From a virus (Duplodnaviria > Caudoviricetes): 63,203 bases of DNA. A program made the translations under genes and the position numbers. The notes beneath the pieces were generated by a model. It ran no database searches, was not told where the DNA came from, and was given only the letters and a program-made list of their open reading frames with translations. Below, one piece after another: positions 57,047-63,203 of the stretch (position 1 is its first letter; every line of letters starts with the position of its first letter). The DNA lies in the IMG/VR virus record IMGVR_UViG_3300027969_000101, positions 1-63,203 of that record; one strand, written 5' to 3'.

Positions 57047-57283
57047 ACATCCTATGGCGACAAAGTGCCAGGGGACACTACATAATAGAAGTATGGAGTC
57101 GCCCTGTTAAGAAATTATCAGGCACAGACTCCACTGTTCCACTCGATGAGGATATGTATCTTGAAATTAATCAATGGTGCATTGATTCGTTTGGATACCA
57201 TGCAAGAACAGCGTATCATATTTTTGAGTTAAAAACTCGCCCACACTTGGACTGGTTTATACTGAGATGGCAATAATTACTAT

Positions 57284-58618
57284 ATGAGCGATCACGAAAA
57301 ATTTAAAAAAATAATCCCTATATTAAATGATGTTAGTCCGAGCTTTTGTCTAGCAAAGTGGTACCAACTTACATTGTATTTGCAAAATGGTTTTAACCAT
57401 AGTTGCCATCATCCGTCGCCTCATAAAATACCATTAATTGAATTAGAAGAAAATTATAAAGCTCTACACAATACTAAATTTAAAAAAGAGCAAATGCAAA
57501 AGATGCTTGACGGCACGAGGCCAAGTGAGTGCGATTATTGCTGGAACGCCGAGGACAACGGTCACGTAAGTGATCGTGCTTATAAAAGCGCAAGGTCTTG
57601 GGCATACCCGCATTTAAACGAAGTAATTAAAAATAAAACTGCTGATGTAGAACCTACATACTTAGAAATAAGTTTTTCCAATGCGTGTAATTTTAAGTGT
57701 GCCTATTGTAGTCCAGATCTCAGCAGTCAATGGTACGAAGAAATAGACAAATATGGTGGTTATCCTACAAGTCAAAATTTCAACGGATTTGGTTGGTTTA
57801 AGCAAGTAGGTAAAATGCCTATCAAGCACAGCGATCCTAATCCATATGTAGATGCATTTTGGAAGTGGTGGCCGGAACTTTATCCCAAACTAAACACTCT
57901 GAGATTAACCGGCGGCGAACCTTTATTAAGCAAAGACGTATGGCGTATGCTAGATGCAATTGAAAAGGATCCTAATCCAGAATTATGTTTTGCTATCAAT
58001 ACTAATTTAGGTATACCTGACGAGTTAATTAATCGAATGATTAAAAAGATTAATAGCATATCTAAAAATATAAAAGAAGTGCAAATCTTTACTAGCGGGG
58101 AAGCAGTAGGAGCTCCCGGGGAATATATTAGATATGGATTAAACTACGATCAATGGACAGGTAATTTAGAAAAAGTGTTAGACAATACTAATAACATTGT
58201 TGCCATCATGACTACCGTTAATCTTACCAGCATAACAACCTATTGCAATTTTGTTCGTTACATTTTAGATTTACGCATCCGATATAATAAAAATTCTACC
58301 TTTAATAAGGTGCAATTTATGACTAATTTTTTAAGGTATCCAGAGTTTCTATCACTAACTATATTAGACTCTGCTAGTAAACAACGATTTACCCACGAAG
58401 TAAAGACATTAATTATAGACAGGTCTGATTTATCAGACAGTGAAGTTGACCAATTAAACCGTATGATTGACTACATGAACGGCACTGATAGCAAAGAACT
58501 ACAATTAAGAAAAGACTTTGCGGCATTTATTACTGAATACGATCATAGACGTGGCACAGACTTTAATAACACGTTCCCAGAACTTATAGAATTTTATACA
58601 TTATGCCAACAGACGTAA
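57284..58618 (+). CDS. Radical SAM protein (N-terminal twitch/SPASM-like)
   Basis: CNFKCAYC, TGGEP. Confidence 0.9.
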   Translation: MSDHEKFKKIIPILNDVSPSFCLAKWYQLTLYLQNGFNHSCHHPSPHKIPLIELEENYKALHNTKFKKEQMQKMLDGTRPSECDYCWNAEDNGHVSDRAYKSARSWAYPHLNEVIKNKTADVEPTYLEISFSNACNFKCAYCSPDLSSQWYEEIDKYGGYPTSQNFNGFGWFKQVGKMPIKHSDPNPYVDAFWKWWPELYPKLNTLRLTGGEPLLSKDVWRMLDAIEKDPNPELCFAINTNLGIPDELINRMIKKINSISKNIKEVQIFTSGEAVGAPGEYIRYGLNYDQWTGNLEKVLDNTNNIVAIMTTVNLTSITTYCNFVRYILDLRIRYNKNSTFNKVQFMTNFLRYPEFLSLTILDSASKQRFTHEVKTLIIDRSDLSDSEVDQLNRMIDYMNGTDSKELQLRKDFAAFITEYDHRRGTDFNNTFPELIEFYTLCQQT

Positions 58619-59931
58619 AACGTACAATAGAAATTATCAACAAAGTTAGTCCTAGCTTCTGCGCCGCTAAGTGGTATAATGCTACTATCTGGTTAGGAAA
58701 TGGTCGCACAGCTAGTTGTCATTTGCCGCCAGCACATACTATACCCCTGTCTGAAATTAGTAGAAATCCTAGCGCATTACATAATACTAGTTTCAAAAAA
58801 GACCGCAGGCTTGAGATGTTAATAGGCAAGCGGTGTGACGAGTGCGCTTATTGTTGGACTGTTGAGGACAATGCGGCTCCTGATGTGTATAGTGATCGAG
58901 TGTATAAGACTAGGATTTACACTGAAGATGAAATACTTCAACTAGCTAAATTAGATCCAGGAACGGATGTTGATCCAAAAACTTTAGAAATTAGTTTTGA
59001 TAATTTATGTAATTTAAGTTGCAGTTATTGTAACGCAGAGTTTAGTACTACCTGGGCTAGTGATATTAAAGTTAACGGGCCTTATATTGCATTAAAGACA
59101 GCCGGTGGTGGTGCGTTTCAAAATGCCGGAGAACATGCTCTACCTTACGGGATTAAAAATGAAAACAATCCCTACATTGAGGCATTCTTTAAATGGTTTC
59201 ATACTAGCCTTAAACATAATTTACAAGAACTAAGAATCACTGGGGGCGAACCTACTCGTAGTCCATCATTTTGGAAACTGTTAGATGAATGCAACGGCAC
59301 AAATTTTGATTTTGCCGTTAACAGTAATCTTATAATGGATCAAGTAAAGTTAAACCAACTTATTGGTGCTAGTAAAAAGTTTAAGAAATTTGATTTATAT
59401 ACTAGCGGTGAAGGGTACGGTGCTCACGGAGAGTTTATTCGGGCGGGCCTGGATTATACCCTGTGGCGGAATAATTTAATACAATTTGCCAAAGAAGGTC
59501 AGTATAATATGATACACATTATGATGACTATCAGTGCGTTGAGTATCTGGACTGTAACAGAGTTTATGGCCGATATGTTAGCGTTACGTAAACAATTCGG
59601 TGGGCATCAGTTTCACATGAGTCTTAATTTAGTACGTTTTCCTAGTTTTCAAAATTTAAATGTGTTACCTGAGCATTTAAAACAAACACAAGCAGACAAA
59701 ATTGAAACTTGGCTAAGTAATGCTGTTGGGTTAAGTCCTGCTGAACGTAATCAAATAGAAAGAATAATAGCATATCTTCGTAATGTTAATCGAAGCCAAG
59801 AAGATACTGACAGCCAAGAAAATAAAGAGCACGACTTGAAGAGCTTTACGCAACAATATGCTGATAGAAAACATATTGAATTGTCCGGGGTATTTCCAAC
59901 AGAATTTATAGAATGGTTTAACACAATATGA
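58603..59931 (+). CDS. Radical SAM protein
   Basis: CNLSCSYC, TGGEP. Confidence 0.9.
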   Translation: MPTDVKRTIEIINKVSPSFCAAKWYNATIWLGNGRTASCHLPPAHTIPLSEISRNPSALHNTSFKKDRRLEMLIGKRCDECAYCWTVEDNAAPDVYSDRVYKTRIYTEDEILQLAKLDPGTDVDPKTLEISFDNLCNLSCSYCNAEFSTTWASDIKVNGPYIALKTAGGGAFQNAGEHALPYGIKNENNPYIEAFFKWFHTSLKHNLQELRITGGEPTRSPSFWKLLDECNGTNFDFAVNSNLIMDQVKLNQLIGASKKFKKFDLYTSGEGYGAHGEFIRAGLDYTLWRNNLIQFAKEGQYNMIHIMMTISALSIWTVTEFMADMLALRKQFGGHQFHMSLNLVRFPSFQNLNVLPEHLKQTQADKIETWLSNAVGLSPAERNQIERIIAYLRNVNRSQEDTDSQENKEHDLKSFTQQYADRKHIELSGVFPTEFIEWFNTI

Positions 59932-61142
59932 ATGAAGATAAATTTTGTATAGTACCGTGGATACATCTTAATACAGAACCTAATGGTCGTGTTAAACCTT
60001 GTTGTGCGTACCTAGGACAAGATTTTGGTAATTTAAAGGATACAACACTTGAGGAAATATGGAATAACGACCATATGAAATCAATGCGTAAAAGTTTTTT
60101 AGAAAATAAAATACCAGAAGGATGTTTAACTTGTACTAAAAAAGAAGACAGTGGCGGTGTAAGCTATCGCATGGCTGTTACTGATAGGTTTAAAGATCAC
60201 ATTGAAAAAGCTAAAGCTAACACACACCCCGATGGCACATATGAAACGTTTGAAATAATTTTTTGGGATTTTAGATTCAGTAATATCTGTAATTTTAAAT
60301 GTCGCATGTGTGGGCATGGAAGTAGTAGTTCCTGGTTTGACGACTTTACCCCTGAAGAAAAGAAAACCAAGATAAAGTTCCTTGACAGTTCGTATTACGG
60401 AACTGATTTAATGAAATACGTTGATCAGTTCATTGATGACGTTGAAGAGATATATTTTGCAGGCGGTGAGCCACTAATGATGTCTGAACATTATCAAATC
60501 TTAGATAAGCTAATTGCCAAAGAACGATATGATGTATTCTTACGATATAATACTAACATGAGTACTCTTAAATATAAAGACTATAATTTAATCGACATAT
60601 GGAAAAGATTTAAAGATGTTAGGATATTTGCCAGTATTGATGGTGTTGACGAAAACGCCGAGTACAGTAGAGCAGGTACAGACTGGCCTAGAGTAGAGGA
60701 AAATTTAAAGCAACTAGTAAATTCTAAAGTTGGATATGTTGTATCTACCACAATAAATATTTTTAGTGTGTTTAATTTCACGCATCTTGTAGATCGAATG
60801 ATAAAGTTAAATATGTCCACTAGAAAATTATTAGTAAGCCATGTTAACTGGCCCAAACATTATGCAACGTCAATATTACCCGAAACATTAAAAGATAAAG
60901 TAAGACTACAGTTAGACGAGCATTTAGAAAAAATAACGTCAACTGTGACTGAAGAAGAAAGCCTGTGGCTAGCTAACTTGTATGGAGAAATTAAATTTTA
61001 TTTAACCTCAGAAACTTCAACAGCAGAAACTGCGGACCTACAACAGCGATTTAAAAGAGACACTATTAAATTAGATAGTATTAGAAAAGAAGATATTAGA
61101 ATTGCAGTTCCAGAAATAGCCGATTGGTATAATACATTATGA
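59928..61142 (+). CDS. Radical SAM protein
   Basis: CNFKCRMC, AGGEP. Confidence 0.9.
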   Translation: MNEDKFCIVPWIHLNTEPNGRVKPCCAYLGQDFGNLKDTTLEEIWNNDHMKSMRKSFLENKIPEGCLTCTKKEDSGGVSYRMAVTDRFKDHIEKAKANTHPDGTYETFEIIFWDFRFSNICNFKCRMCGHGSSSSWFDDFTPEEKKTKIKFLDSSYYGTDLMKYVDQFIDDVEEIYFAGGEPLMMSEHYQILDKLIAKERYDVFLRYNTNMSTLKYKDYNLIDIWKRFKDVRIFASIDGVDENAEYSRAGTDWPRVEENLKQLVNSKVGYVVSTTINIFSVFNFTHLVDRMIKLNMSTRKLLVSHVNWPKHYATSILPETLKDKVRLQLDEHLEKITSTVTEEESLWLANLYGEIKFYLTSETSTAETADLQQRFKRDTIKLDSIRKEDIRIAVPEIADWYNTL

Positions 61143-62347
61143 GTGATAAATTTATCTGCGACTTTCCATGGGTACACCTAAGTGTATTTCCGCAAGGTAA
61201 TTGTACAATTTGCTGTGTTGCCAAACACTCTGGCAAGGGTAACGGGCACAGTTGGAATAGAGTTAACGAAGATCGGACCAAAACTGTAACTGTTATGAAC
61301 AGTAGCATTCCTGAAATTATTAACTGTGACAATTATAAAAATATTAGACTAGACATGTTAGCGGGCAAAGTGCCAAGTGCTTGTGAAGGATGTCACCAAG
61401 TAGAACAAGCAGGCGGAAAAAGTAAACGACAACAAGAAACAAATCGTAACTTAGATCATGCGGCTCTGACTGCTGAAGACGGCACTATTAAACCAGACTT
61501 AAGACATATCGAATTACGACTAGGAAACTTTTGTAATTTAAAATGTCGAAGCTGTAATGCAGACTCTAGCACAAGTTGGATTCAAGATTACTATAAGTTA
61601 AAAGATACAGTTAAGTTAGCCAGTGGATATCATTGGATTAAAAGCAATCCTGATTTTAGTTTTGATTGGGTTGATGACGAATCATTTTATGATCGATTAA
61701 CGGAATTCGCTCCTAACTTAGAGCAAATACATATTAGTGGTGGCGAACCTTTTTTAGTTCCTACACATTTTAAATTATTAGAACGATTAGTAAACGAAGG
61801 TAAAACTGATATTGCTATACATTATCATACAAACTTGAATTACAAATGGGATAAAATTACTCCTGCATTAGATTTATTAACCAAGTTTAAAGAAGTACAT
61901 ATTAGTTTTAGTATCGACGATGTAGGCGAACGAAACACATATATTAGAAGTCTAAGTGATTGGGATTTAACTATTAGTAATTTAAAATTGTTTCTAAGTA
62001 ACTATAATTTTGTTTATGCCGTTACCCAAACAGTTAGTGTGTATAACTTCATGTATATTGAAGAATTAAGCCAATACTTAAAAGAAAACAATATTCGAAT
62101 TAAGGTGCGTTTAAATCACGTACAGAGTCCAGATTACTTAGATGCTAATATACTACCTAAGCAAGTGCGACAAGATAAAATTAATTCACTACATGGAATT
62201 CTTAATCAACGTAACTGGGAAGATTTATACGGGCATTATTATAATCCCGAAGCTAACGGGCAGTGGGAATATTTTAAATACTTTACAGAAAACATAGACG
62301 CAGTACGTAACGAAAACTTAAATAGTATTTTTCCAAAATTAATATGA
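61139..62347 (+). CDS. Radical SAM protein
   Basis: CNLKCRSC, SGGEP. Confidence 0.9.
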   Translation: MSDKFICDFPWVHLSVFPQGNCTICCVAKHSGKGNGHSWNRVNEDRTKTVTVMNSSIPEIINCDNYKNIRLDMLAGKVPSACEGCHQVEQAGGKSKRQQETNRNLDHAALTAEDGTIKPDLRHIELRLGNFCNLKCRSCNADSSTSWIQDYYKLKDTVKLASGYHWIKSNPDFSFDWVDDESFYDRLTEFAPNLEQIHISGGEPFLVPTHFKLLERLVNEGKTDIAIHYHTNLNYKWDKITPALDLLTKFKEVHISFSIDDVGERNTYIRSLSDWDLTISNLKLFLSNYNFVYAVTQTVSVYNFMYIEELSQYLKENNIRIKVRLNHVQSPDYLDANILPKQVRQDKINSLHGILNQRNWEDLYGHYYNPEANGQWEYFKYFTENIDAVRNENLNSIFPKLI

Positions 62348-63144
62348 AATTCATTTTTTTAAAATCGGGCGACTACTTAGAACTAGAACCTAATAACACA
62401 GCTATAGCATCTGCTTGGTTCGATAACATTTTTTCTAAAAAAATGAATATGAGTTATGTTGCTAAAGGTACCTCATATATTGAACGTAGTAATCAAGTAA
62501 TTAACAAATTAAATCGAGCAGTTGATACCGTAAATAAATTTGCTGTAGAAAAAAGTCTACCACAAATAATGTTTAGCAGGATATCCGGACTTGATCAAAA
62601 CTGGATGAATGCCTCACATAAAAAATGGGTTAAGCATACTACTGAATTAAGCAATGTTGTCAACGGTGATGATACAAAAGAACATTATCCTGCTTTTGCA
62701 GAAGCATGGCAAAATATTAATATGTGTATTCACGGTTTAGAATATTACTATTCTGTTTATTTTACCAACACTAAGGGTGCGTATTTAGAAAATGTTGATG
62801 TTAACATAAATCCAGAAGATTGCGAATACTCGCAACATGATTTAATTTTACGATTCGACGACTTAGGAAAACATCAATTTGATCAGTGGATTACGGGAAG
62901 TAGTGTAGACGAAGAAACAAGCAATTATAAAACAATTTCTGCTAGATTCGAATACACATTTAATCCGCAGATGCCTAAAGGACTACCAGCCATACCAGAT
63001 TATATAAATTGGTGTAATGAAAATAATTTACAAGTTATGCCGCCGTGGATTATTTTAGGAAACTTTAAAAAGAATAGATGGGATGTTAAAGAACTTATGC
63101 ACAAAAATTTATTACAAGGACTAGAAGTAGGATTTGAATTATGA
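62344..63144 (+). CDS. Hypothetical protein
   Basis: ATGA-coupled to radical SAM run. Confidence 0.6.
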   Translation: MKFIFLKSGDYLELEPNNTAIASAWFDNIFSKKMNMSYVAKGTSYIERSNQVINKLNRAVDTVNKFAVEKSLPQIMFSRISGLDQNWMNASHKKWVKHTTELSNVVNGDDTKEHYPAFAEAWQNINMCIHGLEYYYSVYFTNTKGAYLENVDVNINPEDCEYSQHDLILRFDDLGKHQFDQWITGSSVDEETSNYKTISARFEYTFNPQMPKGLPAIPDYINWCNENNLQVMPPWIILGNFKKNRWDVKELMHKNLLQGLEVGFEL

Positions 63145-63203
63145 AGATATATGTAAATGGGGACAGTTTTACTGCTGGGGACGGGTTAGCTGACACGGAA
63201 ACA

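Noticed and set aside
1-63203. Stop-codon reassignment
   Set aside because: Conserved genes are full length in code 11 and no CTA/TTA/TCA-anticodon suppressor tRNA was found
1-63203. Bacterial chromosome or prophage origin
   Set aside because: rIIA/rIIB, T4-like ligase, TAAATA late promoters, isolated host-like genes without their operons, and no integrase indicate a large lytic phage

Overview
A 63 kb segment of a large lytic tailed dsDNA phage with T4-like features (rIIA/rIIB, ATP-dependent ligase, TAAATA late promoters, consensus sigma70 early promoters). The host is probably a freshwater betaproteobacterium, inferred from cspA, a TorF-type porin, Bug/TTT and DctP binding proteins, and a FALAA-ending tmRNA tag. 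Four blocks are visible. (1) 1-4.1 kb: stress and host-like genes (cspA, two-piece tmRNA, porin, rubrerythrin-rubredoxin behind an OxyR-like box). (2) 4.1-17.4 kb: a translation-support locus with 35 tRNA genes covering all 20 amino acids, many unassigned structured RNAs, rpoZ, and a DUF2828/TROVE-like vWA protein. (3) 17.5-39.4 kb: an AT-rich accessory island of 2OG-Fe(II)-like oxygenases, PP-loop SGGxDS paralogs and small-molecule enzymes. (4) 39.4-63.2 kb: early/core genes (infA, rIIA, rIIB, clpP, ligase) and four radical-SAM paralogs. Two candidate new systems stand out. (a) A 49-codon leader ORF uses all 20 amino acids and 40 distinct codons, and is coupled to mutually exclusive terminator/antiterminator hairpins in front of the tRNA array; it may be a general tRNA-depletion-sensing attenuator. 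(b) Seven Y-RNA-like elements share a covarying terminal stem plus an invariant ACAGCAA and carry tRNA anticodon-stem-loop mimics or a circularly permuted tRNA-Arg; four of them lie directly upstream of the Ro60/TROVE-like gene. All calls are by eye from sequence; no searches were run.
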